Below, in pieces: positions 1 to 13,350 of a DNA stretch of 64,000 nt. This DNA comes from Hormiphora californensis (Eukaryota > Animalia > Ctenophora). A model generated the notes under the pieces. It was given only the letters and a program-made list of their open reading frames with translations. It was not told the origin of the DNA and made no database searches. The translations under genes and the position numbers were made by a program. Location: positions 5,766,001-5,830,000 of the forward strand of contig CM035358.1 of the NCBI GenBank assembly GCA_020137815.1. Direction: 5' to 3'. Positions within the stretch are counted from its first letter, which is position 1, and each line of letters opens with the position of its first letter.

Positions 1-481
1 TTGACCCGGGTACAAACACTTTTTGGAATTTTTTTTTCCACAGATCTGTTCATATTTCATAAACTGCCGGCTGCCCTTCTTCACTCCTGAATAGGTCACA
101 AAAACGTGCCTTTTTGGGGGGTATTTTCCCCACTAGTTACGATCTGGGTGTTTGGAGGCCTGTTTACAGGTGCACGCTGCCAAAAAAAGTTGCCAAAAAA
201 GTTGACCATCTATGCATATCCAGGCTCGTATAGTGTATGAGCGGATGTTGATTTTATTGACATTATAAATTCTGTTTTAATCTTGTAATCTTTTAATCTT
301 GTAAAATGGATCTAACCGCCAAACCACTCAACCGTTTTGGCTGATTCAAAGTTTATATGGTAGGGAATGTCAAGGCCCAACCCCAACCCCAACACCAACC
401 CCAACCCCAACCCTAACCCTAACCCTAACCCTACTTTAGCCCTTACCCTAAAAAACCGTTTGTCAGCACTCCCAAAACACC

Positions 482-787
482 CATAGTGGAAGCTCTTACG
501 GTATTTCCCACGGGGCGTGGGAACGTTTTTGACCGTGGGAAAGTTTTCAAACCGTGGGAAAAGAGAGATACATACATTGGCATACGTTGCAGGCCCCTTA
601 TATATAAATAAGGGGTGCGCGCATGAGGGGGCTGCAGCGCATTCCAAATACATACAATAACGTTAAAAAAATAATTATTTTTTTAATCTTATTGTATGTA
701 TCTCTCTTTTCCCACGGTTTGAAAACTTTCCCACGCTCGAAAACTTTCCCACGGGGCGTGGGAATTACCGTAAGAGCTTCCACTATG
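482..787. mobile_element. MITE-like inverted repeat element
   Basis: CATAGTGGAAGCTCTTACGGTA...TACCGTAAGAGCTTCCACTATG with internal CGTGGGAA repeats; no clear TSD. Confidence 0.65.
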
Positions 788-1307
788 AAGCAAATTTAAA
801 AAAAAACTTTTAATCTTGCGCGGCGTTACCCGATTGCAATACTTACTGCGCGGCGCATGTTTAGCGCGGCACTATTTTTGCCACCGATTTTTAATTTTTT
901 TTACCGGCAGGACAAACTTCCCCCAAACGGGTTTTTACCCCCCCCCCCTCCGATAAGTTGAGCTGACTAGCCTTATTCAACAGTAGTTATACAACCATCG
1001 GACCTCTAACAAGTTGTACAAGTTGTACAAGTTGTACAAGTTGTACATATAATAGCAAAACAAGGGTTTAAATGGAAAGTTACAGCAAAATCAATAAACA
1101 GACATTGAAATAAATTACAAAAATCACTTTAACGCTATCAGTATTAGTGAAACTGACACTAGGACTAGGACTAGGAGTCCAAGTATGGCATTGGCATGGT
1201 GAATGGTTGCCATGCTACGCACTCTGTCCATGCTACGCAGTCTGTCCAATTCGGCGAGGGCCCGGTGTGAGAGCCGACAGACTGGGAACATGTCAAGAAA
1301 ATGGTTA

Positions 1308-1584
1308 GGGTCACCACACACCAAAGTTAAAATTAAAATTAAAATTTTAATTTTAACGCCGCACACACCAGCGGCCGTTAAAATTTCTCTCCCCATTCTA
1401 AAAGTAACAATCTCACGCACGATTTTGACGGTCGCGTTGGATGATAAAATTTTAACACGCCGTTAAAATCGCGCGCGAGATTGTTACTTTTAGAATGGGG
1501 GAGAGAAATTTTAACGGCCGCTGGTGTGTGCGGCGTTAAAATTAAAATTTTAATTTTAATTTTAACTTTGGTGTGTGGTGACCC
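1308..1584. mobile_element. Harbinger/Tourist-like palindromic MITE
   Basis: TTA-GGGTCACCACACACC...GGTGTGTGGTGACCC-TTA; ~105-bp arms. Confidence 0.88.
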
Positions 1585-1841
1585 TTATACCATGTCAGAC
1601 ACCACCAATAGTAAATTAATAATAATTTTAATTAATACCATTGGTGGCAAGTACTTGCAAGTGCTTCAAGTTCAAGTTGAAATTGAAGTCTTCCTTCGAG
1701 CATAGTGCCCTGCCCTAAAAACAGGTTTTAACGTCTTTTCCTTATTGGGCGAGGTGACCCCTACCCATTTCCAGTTCTTTATTTTAAGGAACCCTGAACC
1801 CAATACAAATAGTAGATCAGATTATTCTCCTTGATGATTTT

Positions 1842-4800
1842 CATCTGGAAGTGGCGCAGAAAGTTTTCTCAGAGATGACCCGGGATGCACTGGGGACATC
1901 AGCAGAACCACTGTTAATACTGACAAACGGGGCTTTAATAATCTTGCTTCTTTGGAGGGCTTGTAACACCTGTAGGGGGGAATGATAAACTCATGCCGTG
2001 AAATACATAAATTAGGTGTAGGGTAAACCGGGGCAAAATGGTTAACTTTTTACTTAATCGGTTCTCACCCCCGTTTAAAAAAAGATAAGATGAAACAAAT
2101 TATATAGGATTAAAGTTCATTATTTTATCGTTCAAATAAGATAAATTTCAACTCTAGGGACCATTAGGGGAAACTCTAACTGAATGGCATCCCATTAATG
2201 GGATCCCATCAACAGTAAAACTCTAACTGATAATGGACCACAGTGATGGTTCTTTCTCTGTATTCTCTGTGCTCTACCGGGATTAATGATTACAGGAGAA
2301 CGGCTTGAAATATCTCTTAGAGTCTCCGGATGGTTACTCAGGGGACCTAGAGCTAACTTTTGACACCCATGGTTTTACCCCAAGTTAAAAAAATTTAGTC
2401 AGGTTTTTGTTATGATCAGCAACATTTCAACTGCTGATTACACCAAGATGAAAACAGTTTGTGAAAAAGTGACACCTGTTTAGAGGTCGTGTCGAGGCTC
2501 CAAACTGATGAGACAAAAACTGGAACAATTGGGAGAGGTCGATGTAGTTATCGACTCTACTATTACTGTTGATGGGATCCCATTAATGGGATACCATTCA
2601 GTTAGAGTTTCCCCTAATTTACTTAATTAAATATCTAATTTAAAAATTTTGGTAGGCAAAATTGGTACCGGGGCAAAATGGTTAATTGGCCCGTAGCGCC
2701 AAAACTAAGCATTTTAGGGTATATGTTTGTTCATAAGTCATATATAAACCTGGCCATTCCGGAGCGGATTCTATAAGGAAAAATCAATTGGGTCACCCAA
2801 TTAGCCACAATCAGCATACCCATCTTGGCACACACAAAAGACGTCATATTTCACTGGGATTTCACTAAATCGCCCATAACTCCAAAACTAAGCATTTGAG
2901 ACCACATTTTGCTTCATAAGTCATATATAAACATGTCCTTATGAAGTAACATATGGTATAAAATGCTTAGTTTTGGAGTTATAACTCATAAATGGCGATT
3001 TAGTGAAATCCCAGTGAAATATGACGTCTTTTGTGTGTGCCAAGATGGGTATGCTGATTGTGGCTAATTGGGTGACCCAATTGATTTTTCCTTATAGAAT
3101 CCGCTCCGGAATGGCCAGGTTTATATATGACTTATGAACAAACATATACCCTAAAATGCTTAGTTTTGGCGCTACGGGCCAATTAACCATTTTGCCCCGG
3201 TACCAATTTTGCCTACCAAAATTTTTAAATTAGATATTTAATTAAGTAAATAATGGTCCCTAGAGTTGAAATTTATCTTATTTGAACGATAAAATAATGA
3301 ACTTTAATCCTATATAATTTGTTTCATCTTATCTTTTTTTAAACGGGGGTGAGAACCGATTAAGTAAAAAGTTAACCATTTTGCCCCGGTTTACCCTATT
3401 ATGCAGGTTATGTAATATGTAATCTAACTCATGACACCAAATACATAATATGATATAGGTTATGTAATCTAGCGTCGTGAAAAATGTCTAGACTATAACG
3501 AACTAGTCTATTAATAGATCTACAAATAGGGATGATGTTGTTAGGAGATTACAGATCAATCAATCAAACCTACCACGGTGGGTAGATTAAACTTTAAATG
3601 GATTGTTGGTGAATATGCACTAAGTAGACTTACCTCAGACTCTGTGACAGTCCTGATTCTATCTTCTGCTTCAAGGAACTGGTTGATGTGGAAATTTCCC
3701 TCCGATCGATTTGCATTTTCTTCCTTTTTGTCCCATCTGAAATGCAGGATTTAGATTCATGTCTCAACTTTTGAGGGAGGTTGTGGCCATTGGCCAAGAC
3801 GCCAATTCAAGTAAAATAAGAAAAAAGTAACCTGAACTAAGCGTTGTGACATCTGTCAGGCCAATGCTCTGACCACAGTTCTCTCGCGCTCCTATTTGAA
3901 AGAAATGAGAATAGAATAGGGTCAGCTGCTCTGACATTATGATCGCACCTGTCAATGAAGGCATCCAGGATGAGGGCGATGATAACATTGAGGACAATTA
4001 GAACACACACGATCCACCAAATAACGAAGTAGAAAGCAACCCACCATTCCCCTCTCGCGTAGGTAAACGCCTCTGAAAGGATGGGGGTCAGTTTGGAATA
4101 TGGGGTGGGAGCCAAGATAAAAGTTATCATAGGCCAGAGTGTTTTCATCTGTCACAACAATAATGAACTTCTTGGTTACCATGGTTACCATGGTTACCTA
4201 CCTACAATGACGTGCCAGTTGTTAACCACCATCAGGGTATAGAGAGTCACACAGGCAGCGAAGAAGTCATCGAAATTCAGTGAGTAGTAATCTAGAGAGG
4301 AAGAGATAGTATCGAGATAGTATCGAGATTTGACAAGCTTGGAACACAAAAGTGGGGAAGTCTCAGCCACAATCAGTAATCAGTACACAGTACTGAATGT
4401 GGCTGAGAATGTAGTTGAGACTAAGAGACTAAGAGACTTCCCCTGACTAAACAAGTAACTGGTAACTGGTACATTTAATCAGCTTCAGTATCATGTATGG
4501 AAGGCAGCTAAAAGTATGGAGAGGCCAGTTGGGTCCGTCGCTGCCAAAGAGGCCAGACTGATTGTGTATTGATTGAGTACCCCAGCTCTTATCGCGAAAT
4601 TGGGAATCGGAAAAGAGGAAATGGGGGATACCGGATATTTCACCCATGAATCTACTCACCTAGATTCCAATAAGTGCCGCATTGGTCTGCTAGAACTTTG
4701 TTTCCCCTTGTTGCAGTGCGATTGTGAATCTTCTGTGTGACATCCGCAGAGAATAATTCCATTCCAATAATAGCAAAGATATAGGTGAGGGCAAATAGTA

Positions 4801-7800
4801 TTCCTGGAAGAGAGAGATTGTTACTTTAACTAGGAGAGAGAGAGAGAGAGAGATTGTTACTTTAACTAGGAGAGAGAAAGAGAGAATAATTCCATTCCAA
4901 TGATTGCAAAGATATAGGTGAGGGCAAATAGTATTCCTGGAAGAGTTATATAACTGGAAATGGAAGAAAATCACGGATTCCTCGAATTCGGAATTCAAAG
5001 AGTTCAATTATTTAGCCGATTGATGATTAAGTAAATATAACATCTAGACGACTCATAAACAACAGTTCCACAAGAATAACAAGTTATATAAACTCACCTA
5101 GGTAGACCTGCATTTGTCTGATGAGGGTCAGGTAGGTCTGGATTACCACGCGGAGCCTCTTCACCTATAATAATAATACACGGGTATCATATCATGATAA
5201 TATATCTTGCAACCTCAAGTATACGGATACCCAGCTGTCTGGACTCTGGTGCCCCTATGGCCTATAATTATAAACGATTCTATAATCCAAGATTAGCATC
5301 TAAGTTAACATGGTAACAACTCCTACCTGCATAAAGACTCAGTTTCTATGGTAACAACTATGTACCTGCATAAAGACTCGTATAAAGCGGAAACAAATAC
5401 AAAGGTTAATGCTCCGTAACACCGCTATTGCTGTCTCGTCCCTTCCTTCTTTATTGTGGCGTGAGTAAATAAATATCCTGGAAAATTGGGCAACTTTAGT
5501 CGAAAAATATATCCTTGAAAATCAATCACCTTTTCTTTCTATCTTCTCCTCTTTCACTCTCTCTAGTTCTGTTCTGTTTTCTCTCTCTCTCCACACTTCA
5601 GTCACTCTTCAGTCTCTCCAACTTACATGAGCCCTGACAGGAGGACAGTTATTCCCAAATCGTAACAGAAAACAAATGTTTTGAAATACGCTCTCCAGCC
5701 AACTCCTAAGATCCTTAGCACCTGCAGAGGTGGGGTAACCATGGTTACGGTTGTATTTGTTACAGCAAGGTAACTACACTTCACAGTTCACAAGTTACCA
5801 TGTTTACCGGGAGGTTGAAATGTTCCTATACCTGTTCAAGAGTAAAGTAAATTGTGACAAAGATATTCATATAAAGGACCACCTCAGCTCCTTTTCTGAT
5901 TCCCGTGTGTTCGTCTGGTTTCCTTGTCAGCACTGGTATCAGGGCTATTGTGTTCACCAAGGCCAACATGGTTCCAATCATCTGTGAGATAGGTTAGCAG
6001 TTGTTAGCTAGTCTCATTTGTGGAGGGGGCTATGTTACCTGATGCATATCAGGGGCTAACGGGAGGGGGTTTCATGATAAATCATGAAATGAAAAGTTGG
6101 CCACAGCCCTGACAGGTAACAGTGTACTAACAGAGACTAGGGCAATTGAAAATCAGTACATCTATTATACCTACTTCAAATATGCGATGAGTAACGATCA
6201 CTTTGATTCGTGGAATTTCTGTTGATCTGAATCTCGGTAGTTGTCTCTTTTCCCAGTCAGAATAATCCGTTTCTATATCTGTGGGGGATCAGTAGGGCAA
6301 TTAAGCGGCAATTAAATCCGGTTATTAATGATAGTATGGGGGGGGGGGGGTCATCAGGTCATGTGCCCTATCAATTAACATGACTCTCTCCTAATAATCC
6401 TAAATTTGACATGTGGAGAAAAGCCGATAAGTTCAATAGCCGTACGAGTTGGGTCACGGTTGAGCGGACATCGAACAATTGTTTCAGACATGCTGACAGG
6501 AGGAGAATATTAAAATATTAAAATATTAGCCTTCAATAGCCTACAAATATAATTTTACCTAAAAACAATTTAACGAAGTCCTCTCGATCCAAAACGTCCG
6601 TTTGTGCACTGTCATCCAGATGCTTGTAAAGGTATTTCTTATATCGATTATCCATTCTGAATCAAGGAATAAATTTCCGTGAGTAAAATGATTTACATAC
6701 CATGGTAACCATGGTAACACACTCAAAATATCATGGTAACCATGGTAACACACCTGGTTACCATGGTTGCAAACCTGGTTACCATGGTAACACACCTGGT
6801 AATCATGTTAACACACCTGGTAACCATGGGAACACACCTGGTAACCATGGTAACACACCTGGTAACCATGTTAATACACCTGGTAACCATGGTAACACAC
6901 CTGAGAATGTCCAGTACAGAATAAACCGTAGATAGAGCGAGAAATTCAGTTCCGGTAGGAAAGGACGGTCCAGCATCATCCTCATCATGGTCTGGTATAA
7001 TTAAAATCTGGAAATATGAAGGGAGAACTTTAAAATAAGTTGTTCATTATTTCATTTTTATTTCGCCTCTCATTCTTGATTTGATTGGGTTCGCGATCTG
7101 GGTTTGATATTGTACTGGTATAGAAGCTTGTGTATGTAGGTATGCTTCTGTAAATTTCAGCATACCAAGTGTCAATTATTCTCAAATATGTATATCTGAA
7201 ATATCCTTCATTTATGTTGCTACTCAACAAGAATTAAGGGATTCGGAGTATCGATTCCTCTAAGTATCCTCACTATCTCCCAGGTCCCACTCTCCAATCG
7301 GATTCTGCCCAAAATATCCCCAATGCCCACCCTTACCTACCTGATCCACCTCACTGGGTGTGGGCGAAGGCCCCCGGAGATTCTCAGCCTGATCAAATCT
7401 TAAACTCGCATTTAGGCTGGCATTCCAATCAATCGGTCGGGTTAGTTGGGTTTCATTTGTGGGGTGAGTTAGGGTGGCAAAGGCGGCTCGAAGTGCAATG
7501 ACTCTCCTCGATACCATATAACGTACAGAGACCTGTCGAAATTCATCTTTAATTGTTTGTGTTACCATGGAGCAAAAACAGATTGTTACCATGGTGACAC
7601 TATGACAGAAACATATTGTTACCATGGTGACACTGTGACAGAAACCTAGATTGTTACCAATACCATGGTGACACTGTGACAGAAACATATTGTTACCATG
7701 GTGACACTGTGACAGAAACGTATTGTTACCATGGTGATACTGTGACAGAAACATATTGCCACCATGGTTGACACTGTGACCAGTGACAGAATCAGATTGT

Positions 7801-10490
7801 TACCATGGCAACTGAATGCTACCTTGAAGTGTTGCCGGAATTGATTGTAAATCACAGCTAACAGTAGATTCATCAGACCATACGTGCCTGAAAATAGGAG
7901 AGAATTAGGAAAGATGATTTAGACATTTTGAAACTATGAAACCTAATAACACTTTTCAAAAGTATTCCTCTCAGAAAGAGACAGTAATTAACGGGGGAAA
8001 GAAGAAAGAGGGCCCCCGGCCCAAGAAATGTCGGGTGGTCAGAATCCCATCAATTCCTAGAATAACCATTTAAACCGATCCCATGTTACTGTTAGTGCGG
8101 GGAGGACTACAAAAACCGATTCCAACCTGTTTTACGAGTTAAACACTTTTAACTTATAAATGTTTAACTTCAGTGACACTATAAAGGAGAGGTTGTGAGA
8201 AAAATATTTTTTCCCTCAACCTCTCCACTTCTTTTATACTGTCACCAAAGTTAAGCACTTACTTAGCCAGATGAAAACGAAGAAGAAGACAATGTGAAGT
8301 CGGTTAATTTTATATGCCGGAATCATAACATCGGGGTTATTTGCAGTTGTAGTTAGGACGAGAAGGTCCCACATGCTCTTGGTGATGGACCCGAAGTAGT
8401 CATCTCCTTGCTCATCCTGCATGGGGGGAGTAGGGGAGTTAGTAGTCATCTCCCTGCTCATCCTGCGGGGGGGGGGGGGGAGTAGGGGAGTTAGTAGTCA
8501 TCTCCCTGCTCATCCTGCATGGGGGGAGTAGGGGAGTAGGGGAGTTAGTAGAAACATTGCTGCAAGAATCGAGGATCGTGAGTGGGGGCAGCTGCAGGTG
8601 GGGGATAGTGTGGAGTAGAAACATGTTGCTGCAGGGGTGAGTGGGGGCAGCTGCAGGTGGGGGATAGTGTGGAGTAGAAACATGTTGCTGCAGGGGTGAG
8701 TGGGGGCAGCTGCAGGTGGGGGATAGTGTGGAGTAGAAACATGTTGCTGCAGGGGTGAGTGGGGGCAGCTGCAGGTGGGGGATAGTGTGGAGTAGAAACA
8801 TGTTGCTGCAGGGGTGAGTGGGGGCAGCTGCAGGTGGGGGATAGTGTGGAGTAGAAACATGTTGCTGCAGGGGTGAGTGGGGGCAGCTGCAGGTGGGGGA
8901 TAGTGTGGAGTAGAAACATGTTGCTGCAGGGGTGAGTGGGGGCAGCTGCAGGTGGGGGATAGTGTGGAGTAGAAACATGTTGCTGCAGGGGTGAGTGGGG
9001 GCAGCTGCAGGTGGGGGATAGTGTGGAGTAGAAACATGTTGCTGCAGGGGTGAGTGGGGGCTGCTGCAGGTGGGGGATAGTTGGGAGTAGAAACATTGCT
9101 GCAGAGGTGAGTGGGGGCAGCTGCAGGTGGGGGATAGTGGGGAGTAGAAACATTGCTGCTGCAGGGGTGAGTGGGGGCAGCTGCAGGTGGGGGATAGTGG
9201 GGAGTAGAAACATTAAGCTGCAGGGGTGAGAGGGGGGTGAGTGGGGGCAGCTGCAGGTGGGGGATAGTGGGAAGTAGAAACATTGCTGCAGGTGGGGGAT
9301 AGTGGGGAGTAGAAACATTGCTGCTGCAGGGGTGAGTGGGGTCAGCTGCAGGTGGGGGATAGTGGGGAGTAGAAACATTGCTGCAGGGGTGAGTGGGGGC
9401 AGCTGCAGGTGGGGGATAGTGTGGAGTAGAAACATGTTGCTGCAGGGGTGAGTGGGGGCAGCTGCAGGTGGGGGATAGTGTGGAGTAGAAACATGTTGCT
9501 GCAGGGGTGAGTGGGGGCAGCTGCAGGTGGGGGATAGTGTGGAGTAGAAACATGTTGCTGCAGGGGTGAGTGGGGGCAGCTGCAGGTGGGGGATAGTGTG
9601 GAGTAGAAACATGTTGCTGCAGGGGTGATTGGGGGCTGCTGCAGGTGGGGGATAGTGTGGAGTAGAAACATGTTGCTGCAGGGGTGAGTGGGGGCAGCTG
9701 CAGGTGGGGGATAGTTGGGAGTAGAAACATTGCTGCAGAGGTGAGTGGGGGCAGCTGCAGGTGGGGGATAGTGGGGAGTAGAAACATTGCTGCTGCAGGG
9801 GTGAGTGGGGGCAGCTGCAGGTGGGGGATAGTGGGGAGTAGAAACATTAAGCTGCAGGGGTGAGAGGGGGGTGAGTGGGGGCAGCTGCAGGTGGGGGATA
9901 GTGGGAAGTAGAAACATTGCTGCAGGGGTGGTGGGGCAGCTGCATGTGGAGGATAGTGGGGAGTAGAAACATATTGCTGCAGGGTGAGTGGGGGCAGCTG
10001 CAGGTGGGGATAGTGGGAGTAGAAACATTGCTGCAGGGTGAGTGGGGGCAGCTAGCAGGCTGGGGATAGTGGGGAGTAGAAACATTGCTGCAGGGTGAGT
10101 GGGGGCAGCTGCATGTGGGGATAGTGGGAGTATAAACATTGCTGCAGGGTGAGGGGGGCAGCTGCATGTGGGGATAGTGGGAGTAGAACATTGCTGCAGG
10201 GGTGAGTGGGGGCAGCTGCAGGTGGGGGATAGTGGGGAGTAGAAACATTGTTGCAGTGGTGAGTGGGGGCAGCTGCAGGTGGGGGATAGTGGGGAGTAGA
10301 AACATTGCTGCAGGGGTGAGTGGGGGCAGCTGCAGGTGGGGGATAGTGGGGAGTAGAAACATTGCTGCAGGAGTGAGTGGGGGCAGCTGCATGTGGAGGA
10401 TAGTGGGGAGTAGAACATTGCAGCACGGGTGAGACGAGAGACGCAAATACAGTGCAGACAGCCAAGACAGACAGTCAAAACAGACAGTCC

Positions 10491-10524
<34 letters not shown>

Positions 10525-13268
10525 CCCTACCTTAACGGAATCACTGAACACAATATGTGCACTAAGTCCAAACACAAAGATATTCAACGCCAGCACCACC
10601 AGCACCCCCAACACCTCCGGCATGGACTTCTTGATGGCGTTTAGCATTTTCTTCATAATGCTATTTCTCTGGACCATGTAGAATGTTCTGAGTACCCGGT
10701 AAACCCTTAGTTCAGACAACCTCGTCCCTGTGTGAACACGAATTGTTTAATGGATATAATCGATATTATATTATAGTTGTTGTGTGGTGTTCGTGAACAC
10801 CACACAACAACTATATAATATCGGTCAAACTGGATAAGTTTCACATGTGTGTACGTGTGCATTTGGGGGGTGACAACAGTAGAAAATCCGACTTTAATAC
10901 CACTTTCAGACTGTTATAGCGGTTCTATACCGTTTAGTAGCATGCGATTCTGAAAGTGGTATTATTTCCCACTCTCAGCTCTGAATTCTAAAATACCAGC
11001 AGACGATATCTCTCTAGTAGTTTCCATTTTCATAATCGCGCAATCTTCTAAACGATTATAACACCACTATTATATATAATAGAACCGTAGCAGAACCGCT
11101 AAATGGATTCGGGATACGATAAAGTAAGCTGTAAAGTATAATATAGGACATAGGTAAGGTTATAGAGTATACAGGTAAAGTATATAGTCTAGACTTTAAT
11201 CTGGAAGGGATTCCTGGTAAAGACTAAAGTATATAGTAGTCTAGACGACATCTTTATATGTGGTATACAAATACAGATCACATACATTGATCTATCCAAT
11301 ATCACTACACCACGCCGCGACGGGGCAGATATCATGTTTCAGAGTTCTTTCACTGCCAATTTTTGTTTGCAACGGAAAGGGGGGCTCTCGCTACCCCTCT
11401 TGTAATATTTGATACCTTGGTGAGAATCGCATGAAAACTAGTATGAGAGAAAAGTGTGTGTGTGTAATTTGACCTGATGGACCTAAACCTGCTTCCGGCT
11501 ACCTGTTCAATCACTGCTAAATGGATGGAAACACCTTCTCAGCAATCAACCCTCGCAACAAAACAGATAAACTTGTCGTTTTTATTGTCAGTTACTATCC
11601 CGTTGATTTTTCTAGATTGTATGTCTGTCGCGAGTTAGTCAGTTAACTCAATTTTGAGTCAGTCAGTCAGTCAGTCAGTCAGTCAGTCAGTCAGTCAGTC
11701 AGTCAGTCAGTCAGTCAGTCAGTCAGTCAGTCAGTCAGTCAGTCAGTCAGTCAGTCAGTCAGTCAGTCAGTCAGTCAGTCAGTCAGTCAGTCAGTCAGTC
11801 AGTCAGTCAGTCAGTCAGTCAGTCAGTCAGTCAGTCAATCAATTAGTCAATCACTCGGTCAATCACTCAGTCACTCTTTACTACTATTTTACTGTCATGT
11901 TAGAGTATTAAATCTCTTCACTTTCTATTTTACAGGATAGTGTCATTAGGTACCTTTTTTTCATCCATATTCTACATAGTCCCCCTTCCTAGTCAGCTTC
12001 CCTTTTCTCCTCGGCTGCGTGTCATCTTTTTATCAGTTTTTGGGAGATGTTGCTTCCCCACACCTCGACCACCATCGTCAATTTTATTTCTAGGATGGAC
12101 CTCACCTCAGTTCCCTCTTATATCTGCCACGGCCCCTTATTTCATGGCAGGCGCCATGCATGTTTCGCACCATCAGCTGCAATCATTCGGATAATTGGTT
12201 GCATATTCCTCATGTAATTTATTCTTCCCGCCAGAATTCATTTCTTGTGATCCCCCCCCTAGGTGCCCTCTAGGTGCCCCCCTAGGTGCCCTCTAGGTGC
12301 CCTCTAGTCTGGGAGATGGTCACTTGCCCTGCGGTGTTTAATTTATAGTCATAGTTTTGTTTATAAACATTTATGGGTCAGCGTGGGAACTGGGAAGGGG
12401 ATATCATTTTGCGTTACCAAGAGGGGAGGTGCCATTTTCACCCTCACCATCACCTGCACCAGTTTCATTTAACTGGCATATTTTATTCATGGAGTAGGTT
12501 GGTAGTCTGAGGCTGGATAGCTGAGTACAGCTGAGTACAGCTGTCAGGGGCTGCTTTAGGGAGGTATAGCAGGCTCTCCCTGTCCGGGGTTTCTTTTTTG
12601 TGGTTTTGTTCTCACCCTCACTAACACCGATCCGAATACGGGTTTCATTCGCAGGGCATCTCTCATGTGTGAGAAGGAGGTAATGTTCACACACCTACCA
12701 TATAACCCGTACATTTTACAGGATCATATTTTATTTTTTTTCAATAAATCACAGACATATATCCCCATTTTTAGGTTTCGTGGATTGAAGCCCAGTCCTC
12801 ACACATTTCACATCCACTTTTTATTTTTCTTTTTTCTTTTTTACTTTTCATCTTGTATTGGTAGTAGTTTCGCTTGGCTTAGGGTGAGTCATATTACGGG
12901 TCAGTATAACCCGTACCGAGTAAATTCAGGGTGACCCACAGGACGGGATGACCCGTACTGTGAGCCATCCATATAATGTTGGCATACCATGCAGTCAGCT
13001 CACAAGAACATACTTGCTGTTCAGCACGCACCTTCAATCATTACATCAGCTTGCTAACCAAGTCTTGCCTTCCTTGCGTAAAGAGTCGACCAATGATTCC
13101 CTTCTGGCCTTTTAGTTAGTGGGAAGGTTGGACGGAGGTTTCTTCTAGTGTTCTGCCTAATTAGGCGGCTCTTAGTGTTGTGGGGCTAGGTTGGGATGGG
13201 GGATGGTAAATTGTTCCTTTGGTTGGTCTTCAGTATTCATTGGTCGGCTCTGTTAACCCTTCTTCATC

Positions 13269-13350
<82 letters not shown>

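Noticed and set aside
1-235. Possible right end of another CAC-terminated element (..GTATAGTG)
   Set aside because: The other end lies outside the window, so TIR and TSD cannot be verified.
410-431. CCCTAA telomere-like repeats (also 22124-22150)
   Set aside because: Only a few units, embedded in repeat elements; not a chromosome end.
8439-10478. Long Pro/His/Cys-rich ORFs
   Set aside because: Artefacts of the ~59-bp minisatellite, open in several frames within a TPC intron.
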